From NCBI GenBank assembly GCA_002269645.1, contig NIVC01001135.1:124001-188000 (forward strand): a stretch of DNA of 64,000 nt. The letters run 5' to 3'. Position numbers and translations under genes: made by a program. Each line of letters starts with the position of its first letter. The stretch's first letter is position 1. The DNA is from Macrostomum lignano (lineage: Eukaryota). Positions 1 to 13,600 of the stretch are shown piece by piece. The notes under the pieces were generated by a model. The model searched no databases and was not told the origin of the DNA. It worked only from the letters and a program-made list of their open reading frames with translations.

Positions 1-178
<178 letters not shown>

Positions 179-940
179 GGTTAAATCATTTACAAGGTGC
201 GAGATTCGCGTATGAATTTCCGAGTAGATAGTATCAAAGGACCCCCTCTCGAAAGACCTATCGCAGGACTTGTCCGCCAATTTATTCGTCTTTTCGTTAA
301 TTCTCGAAAAAGAATTTTACAGACGATGAAAAATTCTGAGTGAATTCCAGATCTACAGGTGATTAACAGAGCAGTTCATTGCATCCAAGGTAAGTCCAAT
401 CCGAATCCCCGGGTCTTTGGTGCAACAGAGAAATTCAGCCCGAAACAGAAGCCCCCCCCTAGTCGCATCTATCTTCCCAGGCAGGGGATCAACATTGTTC
501 TCCGATTGCGGGACACCAATTCCACGGGAGGGCAGATTATCCTTAGCTGCCCTGCCACGGTGCCAGCTTCGAGTTTCGGCCAAACAAAACTCCCCAGCAT
601 GACTTTGCCTCTCTCCGCTGGCCCCAAGGTACACGGAAACCCACTGCACTGATGATGCATAGCCGATAAATCATAACACTGCTTCCCGTCCGCTTATAAG
701 TGTAGTTGTGTCTTCCTTCCGCGGGCCTACATGTAAATTCCTCTCATGTCGATAGGGCTAGATCCCAGCTGAAGTCATCGGGCTCTGTGAAGCTGATGCA
801 CAGCCGGCTTGAATATTAATACCAGCCGTAGCAGTGGTAGTTTGTTCATCAGTTTTATATGATTGTCTGTAATAATACTGCTTAGTGTTTTTCTCATTCA
901 TGCACTTGAATGTGCAGCAAGACTAGAGAGGGTGTTCACG

Positions 941-1192
941 CAGCTGGATGAGTCATCTAACTATCGATTAGCCAATGTAAGCAAAACTGGATGAGTCATC
1001 CGACTATCGATTAGCTAATGTGCGCACAGCTGGATGAGTCATCCGACTATCGATTAGCCAATGTGTGCACAGCTGGATGAGTCATCCGACTATCGATTAG
1101 TCAATGTGCGCACAGCTGGATGAGTCATCCGACTATCGATTAGCCAATGTACGCACAGCTGGATGGGTCATCCGACTATCGAGTTGCCAATC
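941..1192. repeat. 43-bp minisatellite
   Basis: Unit cagctggatgagtcatccgactatcgattagccaatgtgcgca, about 5-6 copies. Confidence 0.95.
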
Positions 1193-1215
1193 AATGCACT
1201 ATGTCCCAGGCGTAC

Positions 1216-2121
1216 CTGAGGCATGATGCTGACTACGCTGACAAGCACGATGGTTGTGAGCAGTTTGGTAGTTCGAGTCATCTGCTTGTCATCGTTGGCG
1301 GCTGCGGCCTGATGCTTGCCAGCCGCCGCTGCCGCACCAGTCTTGGCTCCGGAGCGCAGAGTCCGCCGCCTCTCGTCGGTCCGTTTCAGTGATCGAATCA
1401 GAAAGATGCTGAGCACGGTGAGCAGCAGGACTGGCAGGAATTTTATGCCGATGCCCATTATCCAGAAGTTCAGACTGCTCAACACTGAGTCCTGCGAAAA
1501 TTTCAGCCCGAATGTGTAATAAGACCCGTTGATGTCCAGCTGGCAGGAGTGCTGGCGCAGAGACACGGTCTCCGCGTCCGTGGGCACCACGTGATGCCCG
1601 AGAGTGTTCGGCACCACCATGCCGACGGAGGCGGCGGCGGCCAGAGCGATGGCGAGTCGGGCGGTGCGGCCGGTGCACAGCTGCTTGCTCCGGACCGGCA
1701 GCTCGATGTACACCAAGCGGAAGGTGGCCAGGGCTACGGTGATCCAAGAGCTGCAGGCGTGAGCAAAGATTGTCACGCACAGCTGAGCCCATAGAAACAG
1801 TTGCCATGGCAACGGCTCCGGACAGTCCAGCTTCAGCCGGTTGTTCATGGTGAAGTAGAGGCAGAACGGCAGGTAGACGGTGGACATGAGGCAGTCAGAC
1901 AGGGCCAGAGCGGTCAGCAGGGTGTTGGTGGGGTTGCGCATCGAAGGCTGTGCGAACACAGCGATGTTCACCAGGTTGGTGGTGACGCCCAGGCTGCACA
2001 CGAAGGTGGCCAGGTACTTGTGCACGTCCGGGTACCTGCTGGACAGGGCGGCCAGCAGCGGCGGGACCGGGTCGCACTCGAGAGCGGTGCCGTTGTCCAG
2101 CGTTGAAGTCGAGTTGGCCAT
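1216..2121 (-). CDS. Class A peptide GPCR of the Srw / myosuppressin / sex-peptide receptor type; TM1-TM6 exon, last exon not found in window
   Basis: TM1 GVTTNLVNIAVF, TM2 NTLLTALALSD, TM3 SSWITVALATFRL, TM5 NFWIMGIGIKFLP, TM6 TKLLTTIVLVSVVSIMPQ. A donor CAG|GTACGC ends the exon at 1216. ATG at 2121 is directly preceded by an acceptor-like CAG. Confidence 0.88.
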
Positions 2122-2150
2122 CTGCTGTTGAGTTCACTGGAGGGCGGGAG

Positions 2151-3362
2151 AGTGAGCGGGGTGATTAGAGATGCCAGTGATGAGTGAGCGGGGTGATTAG
2201 AGATGCCAGTGATGAGTGAGCGGGGTGATTAGAGATGCCAGTGATGAGTGAGCGGGGTGATTAGAGATGCCAGTGATGAGTGAGCGGGGTGATTAGAGAT
2301 GCCAGTGATGAGTAAGCGGGGTTATTAGAGATGCCAGTGATGAGTGAGCGGGGTGATTAGAGATGCCAGTGATGAGTGAGCGGGGTGATTAGAGATGCCA
2401 GTGATGAGTGAGCGGGGTTATTAGAGATGCCAGTGATGAGTAAGCGGGGTGATTAGATATGCCAGTGATGAGTGAGCGGGGTGATTAGAGATGCCAGTGA
2501 TGAGTGAGCGGGGTGATTAGAGATGCCAGTGATGAGTAAGCGGGGTGATTAGAGATGCCAGTGATGAGTGAGCGGGGTGATTAGAGATGCCAGTGATGAG
2601 TGAGCGGGGTGATTAGAGATGCCAGTGATGAGTGAGCGGGGTGATTAGAGATGCCAGTGATGAGTGAGCGGGGTGATTAGAGATGCCAGTGCTGAGTAAG
2701 CGGGGTGATTAGAGATGCCAGTGATGAGTGAGCGGGTTGATTAGAGATGCCAGTGCTGAGTGAGCGGGGTGATTAGAGATGCCAGTGATGAGTGAGCGGG
2801 GTGATTAGAGATGCCAGTGATAAGTAAGCGGGGTGATTAGGGATGCCAGTGATGAGTGAGCGGGGTGATTAGAGATGCCAGTGCTGAGTAAGCGGGGTGA
2901 TTAGAGATGCCAGTGCTGAGTGAGCGGGGTGATTAGATATGCCAGTGATGAGTGAGCGGGGTGATTAGAGATGCCAGTGCTGAGTAAGCGGGGTGATTAG
3001 AGATGCCAGTGATGAGTGAGTGGGGTGATTAGAGATGCCAGTGATGAGTGAGCGGGGTGATTAGAGATGCCAGTGATGAGTGAGTGGGGTGATTAGTGAT
3101 GCCAGTGCTGAGTAAGCGGGGTGATTAGAGATGCCAGTGATGAGTGAGCGGGGTGATTAGAGATGCCAGTAATGAGTGAGCGGGGTGATTAGAGATGCCA
3201 GTGATGAGTAAGCGGGGTGATTAGATACATGTTTGCCAGTGATGAGTAAGCGGGGTGATTAGAGATGCCAGTGATGAGTAAGCGGGGTGATTAGAGATGC
3301 CAGTAATGAGTGAGCGGGGTGATTAGAGATGCCAGTGATGAGTGAGCGGGGTGATTAGAGAC
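2151..3362. repeat. 32-bp minisatellite
   Basis: Unit gtgattagagatgccagtgatgagtgagcggg, about 38 copies. Confidence 0.98.
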
Positions 3363-4329
3363 GGCAGTGGTGGGGTTAGAACTGACAAGATTAAAAATCG
3401 TGACTGACTGCGCTTCCAGACGGTAGTATGCAAAATTTCTCAAACTGCTCAGCTAAGAAACTTCTTCGAGGTCAAATCTGACAGAGAGGTCCATTCCAGA
3501 CAGACAGACCTAGTGGCGTGAATAACGTTGAAAATCCCTTAAGCCAGTCAGAGGTATTTGAGCGGCTGACAGGCCGGAAATCCCATCAAATCAGGCCGCC
3601 TCTCATCGAGATTATCCAGTAGCTTTTACTGGAGCCCGTTATCCCACTGCTTACTGCTGCTGCAATCTGTCTGACTGTCTATTCTATCTATCTATCTAAA
3701 ACAGAACTGAGACTCTCAAGAGCGGGTTGCAGCGGTGGAAAACAGTTGTAAATCATTGGCTTTCAATTTGAGAAAATCTGCTTTCGCCCTACCGAAGGCA
3801 GACAGACGGTTTGATTTAAATTGCGCTGACAGGGAAAGCAAAGCCAACGGAGATTTCAACACGAATTCCCCCCTAGCAACAGAATGAGACCCGAATGAAA
3901 TGGCGAGTGCTCTGCCTTAGTAATTCCCCAGGATCGGAAGGGTTTGCAGTGCTCCCCTCCCCCAAAAGTTACATCTGTTGCCGGAGAATTTCTGCTACTG
4001 AACAAAGGCTCAGATTGAAATGGGATTTGGACACTCGGAATACGGAAGAACAATTGCTGTGTCTGGGGAGGGGGGCTTAACATGTGAAGGCGAAAAGCTA
4101 TTCAAAGATTTGATTGCGATTCACACGCAGTGTTTGACCTGAGACTGACGACAATAGCCACTCCCCCCCAAGAGCTATGGAAACCGGAGCAGAGAGTTTT
4201 GAATTGCTTCTTTGATTTCTTGGGCGGTGACTCTTCTAGAGGACTTTGCTTTGCTAGCAGCAACTCGGGGTATTGGGACGAGTTTGACAAAGTTAAGCTG
4301 CGAATTTGGTCACAGTAATATGCCGTTTT

Positions 4330-4560
4330 GCCTGCTCTGCCACACCCCCATCGCTCTCCCTTCATCTCCCTACCTCTCTCCCTTCATCTCCTTGCCGCTA
4401 TCCCTCCATTCTCTCTAATTATTGTCCCTTCATCTCAATACCTTTCTCCCTTCATCTTCTTACCTGTCTCCCTTCATCTCCCTACCTCTCTCCCATTATC
4501 TCTCTTCATCTCCCTACCTCTCTTACTACTTTTTCTATTTTCTACCTCTGTCCCCAACGC
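4330..4560. repeat. Degenerate CT-rich ~22-bp repeat
   Basis: Recurrent ctctcccttcatctccctac. Confidence 0.8.
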
Positions 4561-4884
4561 AGACTTCAATTTTAATCATTATTCCCATTAAAACGGGAAA
4601 CTTCCCCAACAAATCTCAATAAAAAAGCGGTACTACTCAATGAAAACTAATGAGCGCTCAGGATCATAAATCCTCTTTGAAGTCTGACTCGCTACGCCAT
4701 GCAGCCATTTGCTTCTTACCTTTTTTTACATTTTCTTCAAAGCCAGTTAAGATTTTTCCTCTGACTTATTTTCATTGCATTGCCTCTCCCGTTGAGAAGC
4801 TCACTGGCTGACTATCGCAACCGATTTTCACTCAACCTCGCTGTTGCCCCCCGCCTGCCTGCCTGCCTGAGTGGCATTCGCCAG

Positions 4885-5970
4885 CTCGTCCCTGCATCCG
4901 TGAGCTGAGCACGGCAACTGGGGAATTTGAGCTGAGCAAGCTTGAGAAGAGCTGCGCTACGTTCGAAAGGGCGGGGCCGCAGCACAGGGTAGGATGGGAC
5001 AAACACGACAGCAAGCTTCACCACCGCTTTGCTACCGGGGATGCGTTCTGGGTTCCGGCCTTTGGTGAGCGAGAGGATGGAGAGCTGGATAATGGAGACA
5101 TTTTTTAATGCAGAAAGCTTCATGCAATTATGAGTATTGAGTCTGTATGATGCCTGTAAACTGGTTTGAGATGTGAGTCTGATGCTTGTGAACTGGTTTG
5201 AGATGTGAGTCTGATGCTTGTGAACTGGTTTGAGATGTGAGTCTGATGCTTGTGAACAGGTTTAGATGTGAGTCTGATGCTTGTGAACTGGTTTGAGATC
5301 TGAGTCTGATGCTTGTGAACTGGTTTGAGATGTGAGTCTGATGCTTGTGAACTGGTTTGAGATGTGAGTCTGATGCTTGTGAACTGGTTTGAGATCTGAG
5401 TCTGATGCTTGTGAACTGGTTTGAGATGTGAGTCTGATGCTTGTGAACTGGTTTGAGATGTGAGTCTGATGCTTGTGAACTGGTTTGAGATGTGAGTCTG
5501 ATGCTGGTGAACAGGTTTGAGATGTGAGTCTGATGCTTGTGAACTGGTTTGAGATTTGAGTCTGATGCTTGTGAACTGGTTTGAGATGTGAGTCTGATGC
5601 TTGTGAACTGGTTTGAGATGTGAGTCTGATGCTTGTGAACTGGTTTGAGATGTGAGTCTGATGCTTGTGAACTGGTTTGAGATGTGAGTCTGATGCTTGT
5701 GAACTGGTTTGAGATCTGAGTCTGATGCTTGTGAACTGATTTCGATTTTTATAATGACTCTCAGGTATTGCTGTAGTGTTACTTAAATAATAAATTTTTT
5801 CAGAACATCTGCACTTCTCTTGGGAAAAATCAGCTCCTCAATGTTTCTATTCATCAGCGAGGTCGGCCACAGATGAACCTTTATCCCAAACCAAAGTCCA
5901 GCTGCCCAGTGATGGAGCAATTCGGCCGTTTGCCGCTGCAATCCCAGAAGTGGCCTTCCCCAAGGCCTGA
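4885..5970 (+). CDS. Putative terminal exons (4885-5064, 5858-5970) of an unidentified gene
   Basis: Open frame bounded by CAG acceptor and G|GTGAGC donor (phase 1), matched by a phase-1 acceptor at 5858 reading to TGA 5968-5970. The intervening intron holds a minisatellite. No recognisable homology. Confidence 0.3.
5160..5738. repeat. 32-bp minisatellite
   Basis: Unit ctggtttgagatgtgagtctgatgcttgtgaa. Confidence 0.97.
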
Positions 5971-6196
5971 CTGCCTCCCCCTTCCCCCAGCAGCTGCCGG
6001 CAGTCTAAGTGGCCCAATGGCCGATACGAAGGGCTCGAAGTCTAATTTAATTTGCCTGTCCGGCCCCCGGAGCGATTCGTTCGTTTAAAAAGATTTTTTA
6101 GGACATGAATTTGGCCTGCAGAGGCATTGGGAAAATATGTTGATCTGTTGCGCTGCGTTCTGAATGCCTCTCAATTTATACTTGAGGCATGATCTG

Positions 6197-6720
6197 ATTT
6201 GAGACTGATGAGATGTGAGACTGATGAGATGTGAGACTGATGAGATGTGAGACTGATGAGATGTGAGACTGATGAGATGTGAGACTGATGAGATGTGAGA
6301 CTGATGAGATGTGAGACTGATGAGATGTGATACTGATGAGATGTGAGACTGATGAGATTTGAGACTGATGAGATACCGTATGAGACTGATGAGATTTGAG
6401 ACTGATGAGATTTGAGACTGATGAGATGTGATACTGATGAGATGTGAGACTGATGAGATTTGAGACTGATGAGATACCGTATGAGACTGATGAGATGTGA
6501 GACTGATGAGAAGTGAGACTGATGAGATTTGAGACTGATGAGATATGAGGCTGATGAGATGAGATATAGATGAGATGTGAGACTGATGAGATATGAGGCT
6601 GATGAGATGTGAGACTGATGAGATTTGAGACTGATGAGATGTGAGACTGATGAGATGTGAGACTGATGAGATGTGATACTGATGAGATGTGAGACTGATG
6701 AGATTTGAGATTATGAGATG
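6197..6720. repeat. 16-bp minisatellite
   Basis: Unit gagactgatgagatgt. Confidence 0.97.
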
Positions 6721-7149
6721 GGAGTACGGAGATATAAGGGACCTGATAAGTTGATCAATTTTTTGCCCAGTGGCATGAGTTTGCTCAGCGATTCAGATCA
6801 TTTTAAACGAATAAAAAATTGTCTTCTCACCTGTTTTTAATATTAATAAATTTGGAGCTGTCAAGATCACCGATATAAAAGGGCGCGTTTTTGAATTGAA
6901 AAATGATTAATTTGCAAAATTGCAGCAGGTTACGCTGAAGCGGTGCTGATCAATATTGTTTGTGCGGATGCAGCCGTTCCCCATGCCTGTCTTGCCTGCT
7001 CTATTATCCACACTCATGCGCCTCATCGGAGCCCTCCCGCCTCCTGATTGGTCAGTGAGGGCAGCGTCACCCTTCTGCCCTGGACCAATAGGATGAGCGG
7101 GAGAAACACTCTGTGACTGCCTCTCCTCTTCCTTTGTAGCGGCTGGCTG

Positions 7150-8339
7150 GTGAGATGTGTGCTCACTCCAACAGGTGTGAGATGTGTGCTCACTCCAACA
7201 GGTGTGAGATGTTTGCTCACTCCAACAGGTGTGGTGAGATGTGTGCTCACTCCAACAGGTGTGAGATGTGTGCTCACTTCAACAGGTGTGAGATGTTTGC
7301 TCACTCTAACAGGTGCAATATATGTGTGCTCACTCCAACAGGTGCATGATATGTGTTCACTCTAACATCTGAGATGTGTTCTCACTCTAACAGGTGTGAT
7401 ATGCGTGCTCACTCTAACAGGTGCATGATATGTGTGTTCACTCCAACAGGTGCATGATATGTGTTCACTCCAACAGGTGCATGATATGCGTGTTCACTAC
7501 AACAGGTGCATAATATGTTTGTTCACTCCCACAGGTGCATGAGATGTGTGTTCACTCCAACAGGTGCATAATATGTGTGCTCACTCCAACAGGTGTGAGA
7601 TGTGTGCTCACTCCAACAGGTGTGAGATGTGTACTCACTCCAACAGGTGCATAATATGTGTGCTCACTCCAACAGGTGTGAGATGTGTGCTCACTCCAAC
7701 AGGTGTGGTGAGATGTGTGTTCACTCCAACAGGTGCATAATATGTGTGCTCACTCAAACAGGTGTGAGATGTGTGCTCACTCCAACAGGTGTGGTGATAT
7801 CTGTGCTCACTCCAACAGGTGTGGTGAGATGTGTGCTCACTCCAACAGGTGCATGATATGCGTGTTCACTACAACAGGTGCATAATATGTTTGTTCACTC
7901 CCACAGGTGCATGAGATGTGTGTTCACTCCAACAGGTGCATAATATGTGTGCTCACTCCAACAGGTGTGAGATGTGTGCTCACTCCAACAGGTGTGAGAT
8001 GTGTACTCACTCCAACAGGTGCATAATATGTGTGCTCACTCCAACAGGTGTGAGATGTGTGCTCACTCCAACAGGTGTGGTGAGATGTGTGTTCACTCCA
8101 ACAGGTGCATAATATGTGTGCTCACTCAAACAGGTGTGAGATGTGTGCTCACTCCAACAGGTGTGGTGATATCTGTGCTCACTCCAACAGGTGTGGTGAG
8201 ATGTGTGCTCACTCCAACAGGTGCATAATATGTGTGCTCACTCCAACAGGTGCATAATATGTGTGCTCACTCCAACAGGTGTGGTGATATCTGTGCTCAC
8301 TCCAACAGGTGTGGTGATATCTGTGCTCACTCCAACAAG
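7150..8339. repeat. 27-bp minisatellite with a 372-bp higher-order duplication
   Basis: Unit gagatgtgtgctcactccaacaggtgt. ORFs at 7546/7918 and 7629/8001 are identical, 372 bp apart. Confidence 0.97.
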
Positions 8340-8890
8340 TGAACCTGTTTACTAGAAGTAGATTTTTACAAATATTACAAGATGTGCTTATTAAAAAGTG
8401 CGGCCAGCAGTATAGATATGTTTCGCGGTTGATAAGGCATAATTATTAATGCTCGTAAATAACAAAATCTGTGCTGCTCTCCGAGTGCCCATTAAATCAA
8501 TATGGAGCAATTGGCGTCGAGACACGGGAGAGAAGACAGGGGAGGCTGGCTATAAAAGCCAAAGCTGAGTACAGCTCCATCCCTCGATCGTGCAGCAGGG
8601 AGAGGGGCGGAAGCAGGATGAAGGCCACTTAAATCTCTTCGAATTTGTACTTTTATTCGATGGCTACAGATATGGCTTCAGTTTTTATCGAAAGCTCCGT
8701 CTGATTAACTTATTTATATTATGGTCAGGCATCCCTCCTCTAATAGCATCTCAATGCAGGTAGGTGATTATTTAGATGGCATATAGTTCGTACTTATTAA
8801 TTTTCTAATTAAAGCATCTGCTCTCAATAAAATGTGCATGCTGGCTCAGTATTCCAATTTTATGGAATTGACAAAGACTACTTAACAACC

Positions 8891-9186
8891 CAGGACGTCG
8901 CGAACGGTAGAATACTTTTCAGTCGCATTCTTTCATGTACATGTACATAACTAAATTCCTAAATTTTCAATTTTTTGAGAATCGTGTTTTCAGCGCTAAT
9001 TTTGGCGCCGCGGGCACTCATTTTGGCGTCAAAGGCGCTATATTTTGGCGCCCTGAAGAAAAATTATTGAGTATCACAACCGGGTCACAAAGTGGGGTGG
9101 GGGTACAAAGCATTGGCATGTCCCCCCATAGCTTTTACTGGAAGGACATGTCCCCCCTGACGGTCCCCCCGGTGGCGACGCGCCTG
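8891..9186. mobile_element. Non-autonomous DNA element (MITE-like), copy 1
   Basis: Internal 8935-9130 is closely similar to 10450-10665. Right end ggtggcgacgcgcctg resembles the reverse complement of the left end of copy 2. Left end is degenerate and no TSD is seen. Confidence 0.65.
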
Positions 9187-9890
9187 AGCATAGACATTTA
9201 GCTGAAGCAATTGCGGCCTTTCATAGAATTTCTACCATTTGCGAGTGCAACATCCTGAATTGTTATAAAGTAGTTGGAAGCTATACGGAATTGTCGATAC
9301 GTGATGAAATGAGAGAGAAGCGTCTCAACAACTAATTAAATATGGTTTAGTTCGATCTGAAACTTGACCTGCTTTCTGCATGCCAAATGCATATTGCGTT
9401 GATGGAATTCGGGGGGGGGGGGGGGCTGTATCTATGTGCATGTACAAGCATGCAAACTCGCGAACATTATTCCATCCTAAATATGGAAATCCTAGACCCC
9501 GAAAAATTAATGATTTGTAATAAGAGAAATTGCACGAAGCATAATCCACTGTATGAAGCCAACGCTTCTAAATGTACATGTAATAGCGTGTGCTCTGTGT
9601 CAGATTGATGTCTGAAAGCAATTCAATTGGTCTGCCGTGATCCGTGAAGCAATCCGTGCTTTCTAGATATCGAAATTCCATATCGATGAAAATTAAAATC
9701 ATACGAAATTTAAGCAAATAGCAGAAAGATAATTCGAAACCAAAATGAAGAAACCGACTGTTGTCCCGTATTCTTCTTTAAAAAAATTGTGCATGTAATG
9801 CGCACACACGAATTTAAATTCAATACACATAGTAATCAACAAAGCGTCTACGCTACTAATACAATAAGAAACAACAAATAAAATACATTG

Positions 9891-10370
9891 TCAGCCAGTC
9901 AGGCGTGAGACAATGTCACAGCTAGGGCGCGTTTGAGGGCTGGGCGCAAATGTAGGCCGCACCGCCGGCAGCCGAATGCGCGCCCTGTCCCCACAGGGCT
10001 GCGTCAGCAGCAGCACCTCCTGCACCGGCTGCGGCCAGTAAACTCGGCTCATGATATGGCCAACCAGCTGGAGTCGCCGACGGCGCAACAGTTCGCTGGG
10101 ACGGAACAGGCTGGCGCGGCGATGGAGTGCCGCATTGGTGACTCGCTCGTAGCCGATCTTGAAGGCGGCGAGCAGCAAGTCAGCGTGCGCCGCATCGACC
10201 TGCTGTTCGAGCGATTCCGTCAGCGTCCAGGTCTCGGCGTCGTACAACAGGACGGTATCGATCACTGCCTGGGACAACGCCGCCCTCTGGCGGTCAGGCA
10301 GGGCCTCGGACTGCAGGACAGCCCTCACGGAACAAAAGGCAGGGCTAGTCCACGGCGACGTCGTCGCAGG
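9891..10370 (-). mobile_element. RTE-clade non-LTR retrotransposon 3' fragment
   Basis: VLLYDAETWTLT...AAFKIG...LLRRRRLQLVGHI matches the post-RT region of RTE elements (LLYG-ETW-L...RL-W-GH). 5'-truncated. Confidence 0.85.
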
Positions 10371-10393
10371 TCCTTGCGAACGTCAGACACCAG

Positions 10394-10688
10394 CAGAGGC
10401 GTCGCCATAGATTTTATGGTGGGGGGACAAAGCTAAAGAATTTAACATGAACATGTACATGACTAAATTCCCACATTTTCATTATTTTGAGAATCGTTTT
10501 GCCAGCACTCATTTTGGGCGCCCCAGGCACTCATTTTAGCGCCACAGGCACTCATTTTGGCGCAAAAAACGCTACACTTTGGCGCCCTAAAGAAAAATTA
10601 TTGATTAGCATAACGGGTCACAAAGTGGGGTGGGGGTACAAAGCATTGGCTTGTCCACCCCCATTAGCTTTTATTATGGCGAAGCCAG
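10394..10688. mobile_element. Non-autonomous DNA element (MITE-like), copy 2
   Basis: Imperfect terminal inverted repeats cagaggcgtcgccata (10394-10409) / tatggcgaagccag (10675-10688). Interior is shared with copy 1. Confidence 0.7.
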
Positions 10689-13600
10689 AATTATGGTTGT
10701 TAATTGATTAATTATCATACTCTAGGCCATCAAAGGCTTTTTGGCAAGTCCCACTTTATATTTTTGTCCAGTATTTTTCATACTTAGCAGAATCATCGAA
10801 GTTTTCGTTCGCTATTTATTTTACTGACAATCTTTCGAGCTCTTACTTTTGCAATAAAATCAGTCGTTTTAGTTAGCTATTTATTAATTCTCTTTTTATG
10901 CGTTTGCACTAGCCCTTCCTACTTAAAATTTAAAGTAAAAAACAGGGTAATAACCAAAGTAAAAAAATATTTAAATTAGTTTTTGCAGCAATTTTTAATT
11001 AAAGTTCTTTATTATATAAAAAGTATATTAGGTTTTGTTTAAGTTTGTCATAGCTTATTTAAAATGTTTCTAAATTCGTTTGATCAATCCACGAAGATTT
11101 ATTTAACAACGAATATTTCGTCCACAAGAGTCAGCCACTCTGCTTCTCTTATCCCTCTCTCTAGACCCACTTACAAGAAAACGGCTTAAAGAAAACCGTG
11201 CTCCTAGTTTATTGATCAATATATTGTTGAAGATTATTGTTCTTCCTTTCTAAATCCCTTAAGTCTGATAACAGTACAATATTTTTAAATACTAGGCTCT
11301 ACTTCCTTTCTATGCAAAGCATAACTAGGTTACTAGGCCTATGACTATGTCGCAAGCCTGCCAACACGATTCGAGACAGGGAACCATATCTAATGTACTA
11401 AAAACGAAGTCTGGCTGTTAATGAGATCAATTAGGTAGTCCACAGCGCAGATTACATCTTAAGGAACAGTGCCAGTGGGGTAGGCCTAGGCCTAGGCTAG
11501 GCCTATCCTAATGCCTATTATAGAGGGCTTAAATTAATAGGCCTAGCCTAGCTGCTATTATGGCATAGGTCATAGTGGAGATCATGCTATGTGCCATACT
11601 GAATAGCAAAGTTGAAGATCATAATTTTATTTCAATTAATAATGAAAAAGTTTTTGTTTTACTTTACTTTTTTAGTCTATTTAGACAATACTAGTATTTT
11701 TTTGCACAAGCTATAAATGCCAATAATAATAGCATGCATATTTAAATTAAGTGCTAAAGCTTAAATATTCTAGTCAGGCCATTATATGTTTATAATTTTT
11801 TGTTAGGCCTAGTTATTATTAGGCCTTAGGCAGGGCCTAAGCTATATATTAGGCCCCATACAGCTATAGTCTAGATCATGCTGGGTGCAAACCTGAATAA
11901 AAATTGAATAATTACAAATATAGTGGCTTACATTAAAAAAATGGAGTGTATGCCCATTCTTACAACTATGCCAATATTGTGACAATAAAAGATCTTTTTT
12001 CAATTGTGTAATAAACCCTTTTTGACAGATAATTAAGTTAATTTTTTACTTTTTGGCAATATTATTTATAATTATAAAAAAAATTGATACTCACAAAGAT
12101 TTTATTATCTACTTTGTTACATATTAAAAAACTAGGGCCTAGAAAGCATGAAATTTACACTTAGAAATGAACTTTTTTCATCTTTTTTTCTACTTTACAA
12201 TAACTTTTTTGCATGATTTTTTAAAGTGCATGCCACATACATGCATAGGCCTAATATTTTTTTAGGTGTGATGCATGCCAATTGTGTATACCTACTTTTG
12301 GCATGCAAGGCTAATGCATACTTAGTTTATTTTAGAGACTCTAGTAAGATTTTTAAAATTGAAAATTGAATTATTGCACTTAATTATATATATCTTATTG
12401 AGAAGTTTAAATAAATATTTTGTTTATAAAAATAGATTTAAGAGTAAAAAAGTTGACTGTTTTGTTGTGATAAATGCTTTGACTTTTAGAGTGTATTTTT
12501 CCTATAAAGTACTGAAAGTAGGACTTGTAAATGTAGATACACAATAATTAAAAAATAGTGGTAAAATATAATGCTCTATTGTATTGTTATACCTTTTTAT
12601 CTTTGTAGCCAAAATTAGTCAAATCTCTGTATTCCAATTTTTTTGTAGCCAAATTATAAATTAACAAAAAACCCTAATTTTCAAAGGCAAAGACCAAAAT
12701 GTGAAGACAAAGCAAAAGCAATTAAACAAAAAGCAAAAACTCTTAGATTTAGGTATGTTTAGTTTGGTACTATAAATATAGATGCATTTTATATGAGATA
12801 GCCAATATTGTGTTTATTTTTTTAGCCAAAAATATAAAAATTTAAATAAAATAAACCTTTTTTACAAAAAAAATTCTGCTTGATTTATATTGTTACAAGA
12901 AATTATATATGATGCTCCAAATCTCTATAATCCATAACCATATCTTTGCCAATTGGCAAGATCTCCATAGTTGCAGTCTGTAATCAAATTTTGCTTGAAA
13001 AAGTGCCACCCTAAATTTCCCATAACCATAGCCATAATTATTGTAGAATGCTATAAAATGTAAGTCAAAAAATGTCTAAATGTTTTTAATAGAAAAATAT
13101 ATCAAAATTAAATTAAGAAAGAAATAATAAAAGTTATGAACAAAACCAAAAACACAATTTTTTGATAAAATAACTTTTAGTGAATATATATTATATTTTT
13201 TTGGCTACAATAATAATTGTCATATGGAGCACCTTTTATTCTTAATATTATACTATACTATACCTTTCAAAAATTTTGTGGTTTACTATTTTTTCTATAC
13301 ATCATATGATGCTTTGTTATCTGCTGTCATTTGTTTAAAAGTTTTGAATAATTCATAGGAATTCTAGCCTCCTACAATCCAGATTTTATCACCCCTCCCT
13401 AGTTCATTAGTGCATATATAAAATTTCTATGCCAACTTTTTATACATTCTTTCAGAAGCAAAAGGCTTATTAAATAAAGTATAAATTGTCATTTTATTTC
13501 TATAAATTTTTTTTCTTATTAAGTTGGACATTATTTTTATTTCAGCTTCCATTTTTTAAAGTTTTTTCAAACAATGTCCAGTTATACCATAAATGCAAAA

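Noticed and set aside
6197-6720. CTGATGAG in the 16-bp unit as a hammerhead ribozyme core
   Set aside because: No GAAA/GUH counterpart or stems I-III.
9301-9360. Possible third C/D snoRNA (GTGATGA...CTGA) with ATGGTT-TAGTT-CGAT resembling a guide to 28S AUCGAACCAU
   Set aside because: Only 7 contiguous complementary nt, no clear C'/D' boxes and no host intron; a decayed copy cannot be excluded.
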